NCBI GenBank assembly: GCA_963828465.1
Contig: CAWHEU010000029.1
Coordinates: forward strand, 26,825-90,824
Origin: an uncultured Acidobacteriota bacterium
Lineage (GTDB): Bacteria > Actinomycetota > Acidimicrobiia > Spongiisociales > ZC4RG35
Direction of reading: 5' to 3'
DNA: 64,000 nt
How positions within the stretch are numbered: the stretch's first letter is position 1; each line of letters begins with the position of its first letter. A program made the translations under genes and the position numbers. The notes beneath the pieces were generated by a model. That model saw only the letters and a program-made list of their open reading frames with translations. It did not search any database and was not told the DNA's origin. Below, in pieces: positions 50,503 through 62,456 of this stretch.

Positions 50503-51544
50503 CTACTTGCGTGCGATCAGCACCCGGAAATCGCCGAGTCCCCTCGGGTGCAGGAGTGTCTCGGCCTCGGTCTTCAATGTGCGGAGACGCAATCGCTCCA
50601 TCTCGTCTCCCGATCTCGCTGCCTCCAATTCGGCGTGACGGAGATCGGATAGACGATCCCCCAGCCCGAGCTCTGTCAGGAAATCGTCCTGTCGGTGGAG
50701 CTCGACCTCCGCACCCGCCTCCTCGGCAACGTGCGACCAAGGCGGTGAAGTTGACATCGGCGGTGATATCGGTCTCCCCCGGCTCGTCGAGCGGGTGCGG
50801 GCCGAGATGGTGTGCCCGGTAGGTACGGAGAGTCCCGTCCTGGCGCCGAGGGATCAGGTTCTCGGAAGTGTCCCCGTAGTCGAAGATCACGACCGAGCCT
50901 GCCTCGAGGCGGTGAAGCACATCCCGCAGCCAGGCTCCCGCGGCGAGCTGCACTTCGACCCACCCACCGTCGGGCACCTCACCGGCATAGGCGGCGAGCC
51001 ATTCGATCACCTCGGAACGGGCGGCGGTATCGACCATCGCCAGCCCCTCACCGTCGACCCCGACCCAGCGCTCCCGCCAGCCACCCTCGACTCTTTGCGC
51101 CAGCGCCATCGGCAGGTTGTCGATGAGCTCGTTGGCGATGACAACACCACGGATCCGGTCGGGAAGTTCGCTGCTAACCCGATCGGGACCGAGGAGGGCA
51201 CTCAATGCCTCACGAGCGGCGGGCGATGCCTCGACCGCCCACGCCTCGACATCGATTGCCCTCTTCAGAGACCCGACCAGCGAACCCGAGCCAGCAGCTA
51301 CCTCGACGACTTCGAATGGTTGGCCGATCCGCTCCCGCTCCTGTTCCACAAATCGGGCCAGGGTCTCACCGAACAATGCGCTGACTTCGGGTGAGGTCAG
51401 AAAGTCGCCACCCCGCTCCGAGCGAAGCTTGCCCGTAGCGAAGAACCCGCCGTCGGGGTCGTAGAGGGCGAGCTGCATGAACACCTCGAACGGGATCGGG
51501 CCCGTGGCCTCGATGTCTCGTCGGATTCTCTGCTGGAGGGTCAT
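50503..51544 (-). CDS. SAM-dependent methyltransferase, MidA/NDUFAF7 family; frameshift near 50731
   Basis: FMQLALYDP, GDFLTSPE, ANELIDNLP, DYG, DITADVNF / QDDFLTELG..GLGDFRVL. Confidence 0.88.
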
Positions 51545-51561
51545 CGCCTAGCTTCCCCAGG

Positions 51562-52407
51562 ATGAAATTCGGAGTGTTCATGTTTCCCACGGATACGGCA
51601 ATTCGCCCCGACGACCTCGGGCGGGAGGTCGAAGCGAGGGGATTCGACTCGTTGTGGATCCCCGAGCACTCTCACATCCCTTCGTCGCGGACCACCCCCT
51701 GGGGCGGGGTTGAGGGAGCGCCACCGCTCCCCGACCATTACTGGCGGTCTCACGACGCCTTCATCGCCCTCGCCTATGCGGCGGCGGTCACCACCAAGCT
51801 CCGGCTCGGAACCGGTGTGACCCTCGTCGCCCAGCGGGACCCGATCTGGACCGCGAAGGAAGTGGCATCTCTCGATTCGCTGTCCGGCGGCCGTCTGATC
51901 CTCGGAATCGGGTACGGGTGGAACAAGGAGGAGATGGCCCAACACGGCGTCGAGTACTCACGGCGCCGCCAACTGCTGCGGGAGAAGGTGCTGCTGATGA
52001 AGGCACTGTGGACCGAGGACGAGGCATCGTTCGAGGGCGAGCTCGTCGGGCTCGAGCCGTCGTGGGCATGGCCAAAGCCGGATCAGCGCCCCCACCCGCC
52101 AATCATCATGGGTGCCGCAGCAGGGCCAAAGACCATCGCCGACATGGTCGAGTTCTGCGATGGATGGATGCCGCTGGCGACGAGGATGGACATCGTCGGT
52201 GAAGTGGGGCGGGTGCGAGAGGCCGTGGCCGATGCGGGACGTGATCCTGCGTCGTTCGAGATCATCGCCTACGGGGCGAAGCCCGATCACGTCGACATCT
52301 TGATCGAGGCCGGTGTCGACCACATCATCTTCAACGTTCGCTCCCTCGGCCCCGACGAGACGGTGAGTTATCTCGAACGGTTAGCCGGAGGAGTGGGGCT
52401 CACCTGA
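51562..52407 (+). CDS. LLM-class F420-dependent oxidoreductase
   Basis: GFDSLWIPEHSHIP, AKEVASLD.LSGGRL and PKPDQRPHPP. Confidence 0.9.
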   Translation: MKFGVFMFPTDTAIRPDDLGREVEARGFDSLWIPEHSHIPSSRTTPWGGVEGAPPLPDHYWRSHDAFIALAYAAAVTTKLRLGTGVTLVAQRDPIWTAKEVASLDSLSGGRLILGIGYGWNKEEMAQHGVEYSRRRQLLREKVLLMKALWTEDEASFEGELVGLEPSWAWPKPDQRPHPPIIMGAAAGPKTIADMVEFCDGWMPLATRMDIVGEVGRVREAVADAGRDPASFEIIAYGAKPDHVDILIEAGVDHIIFNVRSLGPDETVSYLERLAGGVGLT

Positions 52408-52430
52408 AATCATGCCGTAGGTGAGGCGGG

Positions 52431-52856
52431 GTGACCGCGGCGTCGGGGCCAGAACCTGCGCGTGGTCATACGCCCGTGGTGATGGCGATGCCGGCCGGTG
52501 AGCGGCACGACCTCGGCCTGGCCATGCTGGGTGACATCCTGCGCTCGGATGGCTACCGCGTCCTCAACCTCGGGGCCGACACGCCCGCGCCTGCCCTGGT
52601 CGCCGCACTGCGCGAGGTGGACGACCTCTCGGCACTTGCCTTGAGTGTGGTCAACGGTGAGAGTCTCACCACGGCCGCTTCCTTGATCGAGGCGGTCCGA
52701 CGATCCATCGGCGCGGTTCCGGTGCTGGCAGGGGGGGCGGCCGTCAGGGACGAGCAAAGTGCCCAAAGACTGGGCGCAGACGGCTGGGCCGGCGACGCAA
52801 GGGAGGTAGGCCCGATCATCTCAGCCATCGCTTCGACCAGACGGCAGAAGCCGTAG
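52431..52856 (+). CDS. Stand-alone cobalamin-binding domain protein
   Basis: GERHDLG (E-x-H-x-x-G), VLNLGADTP, ALSV, VLAGG and LGAD. Confidence 0.75.
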   Translation: MTAASGPEPARGHTPVVMAMPAGERHDLGLAMLGDILRSDGYRVLNLGADTPAPALVAALREVDDLSALALSVVNGESLTTAASLIEAVRRSIGAVPVLAGGAAVRDEQSAQRLGADGWAGDAREVGPIISAIASTRRQKP

Positions 52857-52886
52857 GCACCGGCCTGACGTTGCCACTGGCATAGA

Positions 52887-52915
52887 AGAAGGGGCCCCTT
52901 TCGGGGGCCCCTTCT
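52887..52915. terminator. Intrinsic terminator of groEL
   Basis: AGAAGGGGCCCC/GGGGCCCCTTCT. Confidence 0.8.
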
Positions 52916-52934
52916 CGAATCGGGTTGGTTGGAC

Positions 52935-54578
<1,644 letters not shown>

Positions 54579-54589
54579 TTATCAGCTCC

Positions 54590-54880
54590 TCAGTTGACGA
54601 CGGCTAGAAGGTCGCGCTCTGACAGGACGAGATACTCGTCGGCGTCGAGCTTGACCTCGGTTCCTGCGAACTTGGAATAGAGGACCTTGTCGCCGACGGA
54701 CACGTCCATCGGGATTCGGTCGCCGTCATCGTCTCGGGCGCCGGGCCCTACAGCGATGACCTCACCGATCTGCGGCTTCTCCTTGGCGGTGTCGGGGATG
54801 ACAAGACCGGATGGAGTGCGGGACTCCGCATCCTCCGTGGCCTTTACCACCACTCGATCACCGAGCGGCTGAAGCTTCAT
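54590..54880 (-). CDS. groS: Co-chaperonin GroES
   Basis: [23 protein letters not shown] and VGDKVLYSK. Confidence 0.97.
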   Translation of the reverse strand: MKLQPLGDRVVVKATEDAESRTPSGLVIPDTAKEKPQIGEVIAVGPGARDDDGDRIPMDVSVGDKVLYSKFAGTEVKLDADEYLVLSERDLLAVVN

Positions 54881-54952
54881 ACTCTGGCTCCTCCTTGAAC
54901 CTCGGTTAGTGCTTGCGCCCGGGTGCCCACCCGAAGGGCGCACACCCAAGCA

Positions 54953-54979
54953 TTAGCACTCGTATGGGTTGAGTGCTAG
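54953..54979. promoter_or_regulatory. CIRCE operator (HrcA site) 1
   Basis: TTAGCACTC-N9-GAGTGCTAG. Confidence 0.92.
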
Positions 54980-54986
54980 GGAAATG

Positions 54987-55013
54987 CTAGCACTCACTCT
55001 CGATGACTGCTAA
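54987..55013. promoter_or_regulatory. CIRCE operator (HrcA site) 2
   Basis: CTAGCACTC-N9-GACTGCTAA. Confidence 0.88.
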
Positions 55014-55072
55014 TCGAAACCTGAGTCGACACCACTCAGGTTTCGGGAAAGCACGGGAAGTCTCCGCGTACC

Positions 55073-56089
55073 TCAGATAAGCGGCTGGCCGAGGACCAGA
55101 CCCGGGTTCACGTTCTCGGCCCAGTCGGTGATGCGGCCGATAGAGAGCCAATGGGCTGCGGCGACACCGATCATGGCTGCGTTATCGGTGCAGAGGATCG
55201 GGTCGGGGATGGCCAATGTCACTTCCCGCTTGTCCGCCTCCTCGGCGAACCGATGACGCAGACGCCGGTTGGCCAGAACTCCACCCCCGCCACCGACCAC
55301 CCGGGCGCCGGTCTCATCCACCGCATTGAAAGTCTTGTCGACCAGAACGTCGACTATCGCCTCCTGGACCGAGGCGGCGACATCGGCCAGTGGGGGCAGG
55401 TCGCCACCGGCCCGGGCCTTTTCGATGTAGGTCACGACCGACGTCTTCAGGCCTGAGAACGAGAAGTCGAACGGTCGATCGGGAAGCGCCCTGGGGAAAG
55501 CCACAGCCGCCGGGTCCCCACCCTCCGAAGCGATGTCGAGGGCGGGACCGCCGGGAAAGCCGAGACCCATCACCCGAGCCAGTTTGTCGAACGCCTCCCC
55601 CGCGGCGTCGTCGATGGTCGAGCCCATTACCCGGTATTCACCCCACTCGCCCACGTGCACGATCTGCGAGTGGCCGCCGGAGGCGAGCAACGAAACCACC
55701 GGCGGCTGGAACTCCTCGAATTGGAGAAGCGGCGCCATCAAGTGGCCCTCCATGTGGTCGATGCCGACGAAGGGGAGCTGACGAGCCCAGGCCGTGGCTT
55801 TGGCGAACGAGTGGCCCACCAGGAGGGCCCCGACGAGGCCGGGGCCGGCGGTCGCTCCCACACCGTCGAGATCGGCGGGATGGATCCCGGCTTCGTTGAG
55901 GGCCTGATGGGTGAGGGACCTGATGGCCTCGACGTGGGCACGGGCCGCCACCTCGGGAACCACGCCCCCGAACCGGGCATGGAGATCGACCTGAGAGGCC
56001 AGGACATTCGATAGCGCTTCCGTCCCCTGGACCACCGCTACCGCCGTCTCGTCACAGGATGTCTCGAAGGCGAGGATGAGCGGTTTCAC
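55073..56089 (-). CDS. tsaD: tRNA t6A threonylcarbamoyltransferase
   Basis: ETSCDET, GGVVPEVAARAH, HMEGH, SGGH, FSFSGLKT and CTDNAAMI. Confidence 0.95.
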   Translation of the reverse strand: MKPLILAFETSCDETAVAVVQGTEALSNVLASQVDLHARFGGVVPEVAARAHVEAIRSLTHQALNEAGIHPADLDGVGATAGPGLVGALLVGHSFAKATAWARQLPFVGIDHMEGHLMAPLLQFEEFQPPVVSLLASGGHSQIVHVGEWGEYRVMGSTIDDAAGEAFDKLARVMGLGFPGGPALDIASEGGDPAAVAFPRALPDRPFDFSFSGLKTSVVTYIEKARAGGDLPPLADVAASVQEAIVDVLVDKTFNAVDETGARVVGGGGGVLANRRLRHRFAEEADKREVTLAIPDPILCTDNAAMIGVAAAHWLSIGRITDWAENVNPGLVLGQPLI

Positions 56090-56565
56090 CGCAGCCTCGC
56101 CAGGTATTCAGCGCCGTCGATGTCGTGCGCCCAGAGGATCAGGGCGTCATCGTCGCCGTAGTAGCCCTGTCGCACACCCACCGGGGCCAGTCCGACTCGG
56201 GCATAAAGTGCGCGAGCCGCCTCGTTTCGCGACCTCACCTCCAATGTCAGGTGCCGGGCGCCGGCCTCGACTGCCGCCTCGATGAGTGACCTCATCAAGT
56301 CGAAGCCGATGCCTCGCCGCCGCCACGCCGGATCCACGAGCAGGTTCGTGACGTGCGCCTCGTCGGCGACCAACATCATCCCGGCGAACCCCACCACTCC
56401 GCTCTCGTCGGCTGCCAGATATATCCGGTTCTCTGCCGCCAATTCGTTCCGGAACACACCCTCGGACCACGGGGCGGGCGCGTTGGCCGCCTCCAACGCC
56501 ACTAACGCGCCTAGATCGTCGATGGTGAGGGGTCGTATGACCATTGTCTTCAAGTCCCCGCCCAC
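56086..56565 (-). CDS. rimI: Ribosomal-protein-alanine N-acetyltransferase
   Basis: EAHVTNL, RRRGIG, LEVRSRN and YY; position between tsaB and tsaD. Confidence 0.9.
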   Translation of the reverse strand: MGGDLKTMVIRPLTIDDLGALVALEAANAPAPWSEGVFRNELAAENRIYLAADESGVVGFAGMMLVADEAHVTNLLVDPAWRRRGIGFDLMRSLIEAAVEAGARHLTLEVRSRNEAARALYARVGLAPVGVRQGYYGDDDALILWAHDIDGAEYLARLR

Positions 56566-57260
56566 GGGCCCTCCTGACGCAACTTGGCCCAGTTGATCGT
56601 GACGTCGGGCTCGCGGAGGTACATGGGGCGGATCTCGGTCGATGGGGGGAACTCGTTCTTTTCGTACTTGCCTCTAGCCACTTCGGCCAGGGCGACGGCA
56701 TACGGGTAGCGGGGTCGGCCCATCTTGACCCGGTGCAACCCGCGTAGAAGCCCTTTGGGCAAGGCACCGGTGTCCCCTACGACCAGGCTGTCCTCGGGAG
56801 CGGAGTCGAGCTGTGCCCTCAACACCTCCGGCTTGACCATCTCCGGGTCAGTCGCCCTGACCACGCCGCCGGGAACCGGCTGGTAACGAGCCACGGCAAG
56901 CTCTCCGCGACGGACGTCGACCACCGCCCATATCAGCCGGTGCCCTGTTCGTGCCTCCAACGCGATGGCGTCGGTGGACACGGCGGGAATGATCGGGATG
57001 CCGAAGGCAGCGGCGAGACCCTGAGCGGTGGCCACGCCCACCCGGATGCCCGTGTACAGCCCGGGCCCGATGTCGACGGCCACTGCATCGAGGGCGGATG
57101 GCGACCAGCCGACCTGGTCGAAGCAGAAGTCGATGGCAGGAACGAGGAAGGTGGCATGGCCAACCGGGTCGATCCGGGAGGCGGCTGCCAAGGTTGTGGC
57201 GTCCTCGACCAGGGCAACGGAAGCTCCTGGGGTTGAGGTCTCGATGGCGAGCAGCCTCAT
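56550..57260 (-). CDS. tsaB: t6A biosynthesis protein TsaB
   Basis: LLAIETST, GPGLYTGIRVG, DVRRGE and PMYLR. Confidence 0.92.
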   Translation of the reverse strand: MRLLAIETSTPGASVALVEDATTLAAASRIDPVGHATFLVPAIDFCFDQVGWSPSALDAVAVDIGPGLYTGIRVGVATAQGLAAAFGIPIIPAVSTDAIALEARTGHRLIWAVVDVRRGELAVARYQPVPGGVVRATDPEMVKPEVLRAQLDSAPEDSLVVGDTGALPKGLLRGLHRVKMGRPRYPYAVALAEVARGKYEKNEFPPSTEIRPMYLREPDVTINWAKLRQEGPWAGT

Positions 57261-57709
57261 GCCACCAGCCCGAGGTCGCGTTCTGCCCATTTGCCACTGG
57301 GCTCGAGGCGAAGAGTTCGGGACCCGTCTTCGCCCACCACGAAATCGATGCGGAGATGATCCTCGGGGATCTCGTCTTCCAGGGCATCACCCCACTCGAT
57401 GACGAGGACACCGTCGGCGGCCATGTCCAGTGCCTCGAGGTCCTCGAACTCGTTCACCGACCCGAGCCGGTAAACGTCGACATGGATCAGCGGCAGGAAG
57501 CCACTCCGATACTGGCGGATGAGGACGAAGGAAGGGCTGAGCACCTGCTCCTCGATGCCCAAGCCGGCAGCGAGCCCGGTGGTGAACAAAGTCTTGCCGA
57601 CGCCAAGGCCGCCGGCGAGGAGGATTATGTCCCCGGGTCGCAGCGTGGCGGCCAGCTTGCGGGCAACTGCGCGGGTATCGGCCTCGGTGGGACAGGGGAT
57701 CTCGATCAT
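57257..57709 (-). CDS. tsaE: t6A biosynthesis ATPase TsaE
   Basis: GGLGVGKT, SPSF, HVDVYRL and IEW. Confidence 0.93.
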   Translation of the reverse strand: MIEIPCPTEADTRAVARKLAATLRPGDIILLAGGLGVGKTLFTTGLAAGLGIEEQVLSPSFVLIRQYRSGFLPLIHVDVYRLGSVNEFEDLEALDMAADGVLVIEWGDALEDEIPEDHLRIDFVVGEDGSRTLRLEPSGKWAERDLGLVA

Positions 57710-58337
57710 CCGAACAGCTCCATTTGAGCAGGGTCGGGTTCGGGTTCCGCAACTTCCTGCTCCGACTGGGCGGGCGCGTCGAGGATCGAGCGAACCACGG
57801 CGAAGTCCTCCCGCATCTGGTCGGTGACGCGATCGCCACCGCGAAGCGCCGCTGCCGGGTGGAACGTCGGGATGAGGAGCGCCCCGAGCCACCACTCGTG
57901 GGGCCTGCCCCGAAGCCGGGTGATGCCGGTCTCGGTGTCGAGCAGCAACTTGGTGGCGAAGTTGCCCAACGTCATGACTACCTCCGGGGCGATCAACCTG
58001 ATCTGCTCCCGCAGATAGCCCTTGCAAGCGTCGATCTCGTTGGGTTGGGGATCGCGATTGCCAGGGGACGGCACTTGAGCACGTTGGCTATGTACACCTC
58101 AGAGCGCTGCATCCCGATCTCACCAAGCAGGGTGTCGAGCAGTTTGCCGGCAGCTCCGACGAAGGGCTCGCCCTGAAGGTCCTCGTTCTGACCTGGCGCC
58201 TCGCCGACGAACATGAGCCGGGCCTGAGGGTCACCGACGCCGAAGACCACCTGCGTCCGGGTATCCGCCAGCCCGCATTGGGTGCAGACGAGGGCGCGCG
58301 CCTTCAGTTCCTCGAGGATCTGGATGCTGTCGCTCAC
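57706..58337 (-). CDS. Family-4 uracil-DNA glycosylase; frameshift near 58065
   Basis: CTQCGL, VGEAPG, PFVGAAG, NVLKCRP / PGNRDP..TFHPAA. Confidence 0.88.
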
Positions 58338-58360
58338 CACCACCCATTGTGCCAAAGCGA

Positions 58361-59245
58361 TCAGCCGGCCGAAGCCCTAACCGCCCTCTCTATCGCCGCC
58401 GCTGTTGCGCCGAACGCGGCCTCGGCGAGGGTCTCGACATCGGCTTCGATCTCGCCGCAGGAGACGGCAAAAACGATGTCACCGTCGAACCTGGTGTGAA
58501 CAGGGCGGATGCACACGGCCATTGCGTCGTGGGCCCGCACCGCCAACCGGCTCAGAGTGGAGCGGGTCATCGCAGCGTCGGTGGCGATCACGACGAGAGT
58601 CGTGTTGGCGATCGTCTCGGGGAAGGGGGCCGGCGGGCCTGGCTCGTGGTTCCCCCCGGTCAGCGGCTCGCCGGTGATGCTGAAGACGTCGCCGACGGCA
58701 TTGAGAGCGACCAGGGCGCCCACTTTCGCGTCGGCAGCGGGACGGAGGGCCGATCCGAGCCCGCCCGGCCGCATGTGCTCGAACCCGCGCCATTTGGCCA
58801 CGGTGGTGCCTGTCCCCACCCCAAACCGACCCGAAACCACCGGATCGGAAGTGACGGCCCGGTAGGCGGCCTCCCCCTGATCGGGACCAGGGCGCACTCC
58901 GCCCGATGCTGGATTGAGGTCGAACACCACTGCTGCAGGGACGATCGGCACACGAGCCACCGGGGTCAAGTGGCCCCGCCCGTCGGCTTCGAGCGCCCTG
59001 ACCACACCATCGGCCGCGGCCAGCCCGAATGCGCTGCCGCCGGTGAGGAGGATGGCCTGGATCTGCTCCACCCGCATTCCGTGCTCGAGCAGAGCCGTCT
59101 CCCTTGATCCTGGTGCGGCGCCGCGCACTTCTGCTGAGGCGACATTCGGCTCGGGGAACACGACCACGGTGCATCCGGTGCCGGCGTCGGGGTCAGACCA
59201 GTGGCCGACCTCGACCCCGGTGATCGCGGTGATCGTGTCGTTCAC
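58361..59245 (-). CDS. P1 (DmpA-like) peptidase family
   Basis: GVEVGH, RGAAPGSRET, LTGGSAFGL, NTTL and DGDIVF. Confidence 0.9.
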   Translation of the reverse strand: MNDTITAITGVEVGHWSDPDAGTGCTVVVFPEPNVASAEVRGAAPGSRETALLEHGMRVEQIQAILLTGGSAFGLAAADGVVRALEADGRGHLTPVARVPIVPAAVVFDLNPASGGVRPGPDQGEAAYRAVTSDPVVSGRFGVGTGTTVAKWRGFEHMRPGGLGSALRPAADAKVGALVALNAVGDVFSITGEPLTGGNHEPGPPAPFPETIANTTLVVIATDAAMTRSTLSRLAVRAHDAMAVCIRPVHTRFDGDIVFAVSCGEIEADVETLAEAAFGATAAAIERAVRASAG

Positions 59246-60318
59246 TCGACATACCTCCTTGGGACGCGGGGACCGATCTCGCAGACGACCTCATACGAAA
59301 TGGTGTCGAGGGCACGGGCCCAGTCGTCAGCGGTGACCTCTGCGTCACCCTGACGACCCATCAGCACCACCTCGTCACCGATCCCGACGTCCGCGTCACC
59401 AACATCGACGACGATCTGATCCATGGTCACCGTCCCGGCGAGTGGACGCTCTTCTCCGCCGATCAAGACATGGCCCTCTGCCGACAGCCGGCGGGGAAAC
59501 CCGTCGGCATAGCCGATCGGCACCGTCGCCACCGTCGACGCTGCGGCGAGTGGCCGGATCCGCCCATAGCTGGGGCGGGCACCGGCCTCGAGTCGCTGAA
59601 CGTGGGAGACGTGGCTGACGATGCGCATCGCCGGACTCAGGTCGATCAGGTGCCGGGTCTCCTCACAGGGATGAAGACCGTAGGTGCCCAGGCCGACCCG
59701 GACGAGGGAACGCCGGGCGTCAGGAAACAGGACCGCGCCTGCCGTGTTGGCCAGGTGGACCATCGGGACGTCGTAGCCACTGACCACCTCATCGAATCTC
59801 TCGATCTGTCGCATGGTGTATTCGGAGTCCTCGTCGGCGACGGGAAAGTGGCTCCACAGCGCGGCAACCTCGAGGATCGGACTCGCGGCGACGGCGGCCA
59901 TCAGTCCGTCGAGCTGAGCCGGGCCAACGCCCACACGATGCATCCCGGTGTCGATCTTGACGTGGAGGTCGAATCCGACACCGGTCTCGCCCAGAGCCTC
60001 GACGAACGCCTGCGAATAGACCGTCGGGGTCAGACCCCACTTGGCGACCTCGATCGCGTCGCTGGGGTCAGGCTCGGACAGGACCAGGATCGGGGCCTCG
60101 ATCTCGGCCTCACGGAGACGAATCCCCTCCTCGAGGAGGGCCACCGCCAGCCAGCCGGCGCCCGCATCGATCGCGGCTTCGGCCACCGGGGCATCGCCAT
60201 GGCCGTAGGCGTCGGCCTTGACCACTACGCACAACTCGCTGGGGGCGACCAGCTCTTGAAAGGCGGCAACATTGTGACCGATAGCGCCCAGGTCGATCTC
60301 TGCGTAGGTCGGCCTCAC
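59242..60318 (-). CDS. alr: Alanine racemase
   Basis: VVKADAYGHG, KIDTGMHRVG, IGYADG and TMDQ. Confidence 0.95.
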   Translation of the reverse strand: MRPTYAEIDLGAIGHNVAAFQELVAPSELCVVVKADAYGHGDAPVAEAAIDAGAGWLAVALLEEGIRLREAEIEAPILVLSEPDPSDAIEVAKWGLTPTVYSQAFVEALGETGVGFDLHVKIDTGMHRVGVGPAQLDGLMAAVAASPILEVAALWSHFPVADEDSEYTMRQIERFDEVVSGYDVPMVHLANTAGAVLFPDARRSLVRVGLGTYGLHPCEETRHLIDLSPAMRIVSHVSHVQRLEAGARPSYGRIRPLAAASTVATVPIGYADGFPRRLSAEGHVLIGGEERPLAGTVTMDQIVVDVGDADVGIGDEVVLMGRQGDAEVTADDWARALDTISYEVVCEIGPRVPRRYVE

Positions 60319-61679
60319 CAGGCGAACCGGCCCACGTGCCGGGCCAGCGCATCGGCGGTGACGGTGGTCGATGTAGCGAGATCAGCCCCGGCCACTCCGT
60401 GCCAGTAGGTGGCGGACACGGCCGCAGAGCGGGCGTCGAGTCCACGAGCCCACAGAGCACCGATCATCCCGGACAGGACATCACCAGTACCGATGGTGGC
60501 CAGCTCCGGACCACCGGTCCGCACGAGGATCGGCTCTGACCCGTCGCTGATCAGAGTCGGGTTCCCCTTCAACAAGACGACCACGCCCTTCCGGTGGGCA
60601 TGAGCCCGTACCGAGAAGGCTCCACCCCCGACCCCTGCCAAGCGTTGGAACTCGGCAGCGTGCGGCGTCACAACCACCTCGGTGGGTCCTTCGGCGGCGG
60701 CATCGAGCATCGAGGCATCGATGCCACCAGCGTCGAGGAGGACTCGGGAAGCTTTGCCCAGGATCGGAATTACCGCATCACGATCATTCTCGCCCAGCCC
60801 GGGACCGACGATGACCACATCGAATCGGTCGAGCCGTTCCTCCGCCTCCTCGAACGACATGGTCAGGAGCTCGGGAGCGGCAGCGCTGACCAGATCTGCA
60901 CGTGGTGATGCCACCGCCACCGAGCCTGCGCCGAAATGGAGCGCCGACCTGGCGGCGAGAACGCCGGCCCCGACCATCCCGGTGGAGCCCCCCGCCACGA
61001 GGACCGCCCCAGCGGACCACTTGTGTGCCCTACGGGCGCGGGGCGGGCGGGGGGCATCATCTTCCTCGGCCAGCCACATCGAGGCCACCCCCCCTTCGAT
61101 GCCGATATCGGCCACGGTCACCCGGCCGCAGTGATCGGGTCCCTGGCCACGGACATGGCCCGTCTTGAGGGCCCCGAACGTGACCGTCTCGATTGCCCGA
61201 AACGCCCGGTCGACATCGCCCGTGCTCGGGTCGAGCCCCGTCGGGTAGTCGACTGCCAGAACCGGCGCCGTGGTGGACATCCATGCAACCACCTCGTGTG
61301 GGAGCCCGCCCCGGACTCCACCGCCGAACAAAGCATCGATGACGAGGTCCGCCTGTGACACGGCAGCCAGGTCTCGAATCGGCACACCACGGTCCAGTGC
61401 CAAGGCCGCCGCCCGCATTGCCTCGGGAGCACGGGCCGCGGTCAGGGCATGGACTTCGACTGCTGCACCGCGCCGCCTGAGATACCGGGCAGCGACGTAA
61501 CCGTCCCCGCCGTTGTTGCCCGGGCCGGCCAGCACTACCACCCGCTTGCCGTACCCGGCGCCGAGACGGACGGCAGCCAGCGCGACGGCGAATCCGGCCC
61601 GATCCATCGCCTGATCCATGTCGCCGGCGTAGGCCTGGTCGACCCTCCGGTACTCCTCAGCGGTGAGGATCGGCTTCAT
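60315..61679 (-). CDS. nnr: Bifunctional NAD(P)H-hydrate epimerase/dehydratase
   Basis: GPGNNGGDG, DALFG, GPGLG, TPHAAEF and GTGDVLSG. Confidence 0.92.
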   Translation of the reverse strand: MKPILTAEEYRRVDQAYAGDMDQAMDRAGFAVALAAVRLGAGYGKRVVVLAGPGNNGGDGYVAARYLRRRGAAVEVHALTAARAPEAMRAAALALDRGVPIRDLAAVSQADLVIDALFGGGVRGGLPHEVVAWMSTTAPVLAVDYPTGLDPSTGDVDRAFRAIETVTFGALKTGHVRGQGPDHCGRVTVADIGIEGGVASMWLAEEDDAPRPPRARRAHKWSAGAVLVAGGSTGMVGAGVLAARSALHFGAGSVAVASPRADLVSAAAPELLTMSFEEAEERLDRFDVVIVGPGLGENDRDAVIPILGKASRVLLDAGGIDASMLDAAAEGPTEVVVTPHAAEFQRLAGVGGGAFSVRAHAHRKGVVVLLKGNPTLISDGSEPILVRTGGPELATIGTGDVLSGMIGALWARGLDARSAAVSATYWHGVAGADLATSTTVTADALARHVGRFAW

Positions 61680-61700
61680 GGTCGTCGAGGCTACATCCGC

Positions 61701-62456
61701 CTAGACGATGCCCCTCGCCGCCCATGCCTTGCCGGATACCACGAAGGGAGGCGGGGGCAGAAACTTGCGACAGAGTTCCCTCAGCCGCGCTCTGGCGGTC
61801 GGATCGAGGGTGGCGGCAAAGTCTCCCGCCGGACCTACCCCCAGGGTGAAGGGCTCCCACCACTCGTCGAATGAAGGGTGTTGTAGCGAAACAGTGAGCG
61901 AAGACTCTTCGACCTGCTGAAGCCCCGCCTCACGGAATATCTCACCCAGCTCACCTTGGCGTACGCCCGGGAGATGTGACTCGTCGTCCACACCGGGGTC
62001 GATCTCGCGCGCAGCCTTCCAGAACGACCGGAGCGGGCCCTGGCCCCCTCCGTGGTCCCACACACATGCGACCACTGCTCCGCCATCACGTGTCACCCGG
62101 GCCATCTCGGCTAGTCCCGCCACCGGGTCCGGCATGAAGTGGACGACGAGCTGAGCGAGGGTGACATCGAACTCATCGTTGTCGAACGGCAGATCGTCAG
62201 CCGACGAGGTCCGGGCGTCGACCCCGGGGTAACGCTCGGTGACCGCGCCGATGAATGGCTCGGAGGGGTCGACGGCGGCCACCGATTCGGCTCCGAGCCG
62301 GTTGACCAGCTCCTCGGTGAGCGCACCGGGGCCACAACCGACATCGAGCGCCCGCTGTCCGGGCTCCACCCCGGCCAGGTTTGCCAGCTGCGGGCTGAGT
62401 AACGCCGAGTACCGGCCCATGAACCGGTCGTAGGCGACAGGACCTGTGAAGCTCAT
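61701..62456 (-). CDS. Class I SAM-dependent methyltransferase
   Basis: YDRFMGRYS, LDVGCGPGALT and LPF. Confidence 0.9.
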   Translation of the reverse strand: MSFTGPVAYDRFMGRYSALLSPQLANLAGVEPGQRALDVGCGPGALTEELVNRLGAESVAAVDPSEPFIGAVTERYPGVDARTSSADDLPFDNDEFDVTLAQLVVHFMPDPVAGLAEMARVTRDGGAVVACVWDHGGGQGPLRSFWKAAREIDPGVDDESHLPGVRQGELGEIFREAGLQQVEESSLTVSLQHPSFDEWWEPFTLGVGPAGDFAATLDPTARARLRELCRKFLPPPPFVVSGKAWAARGIV

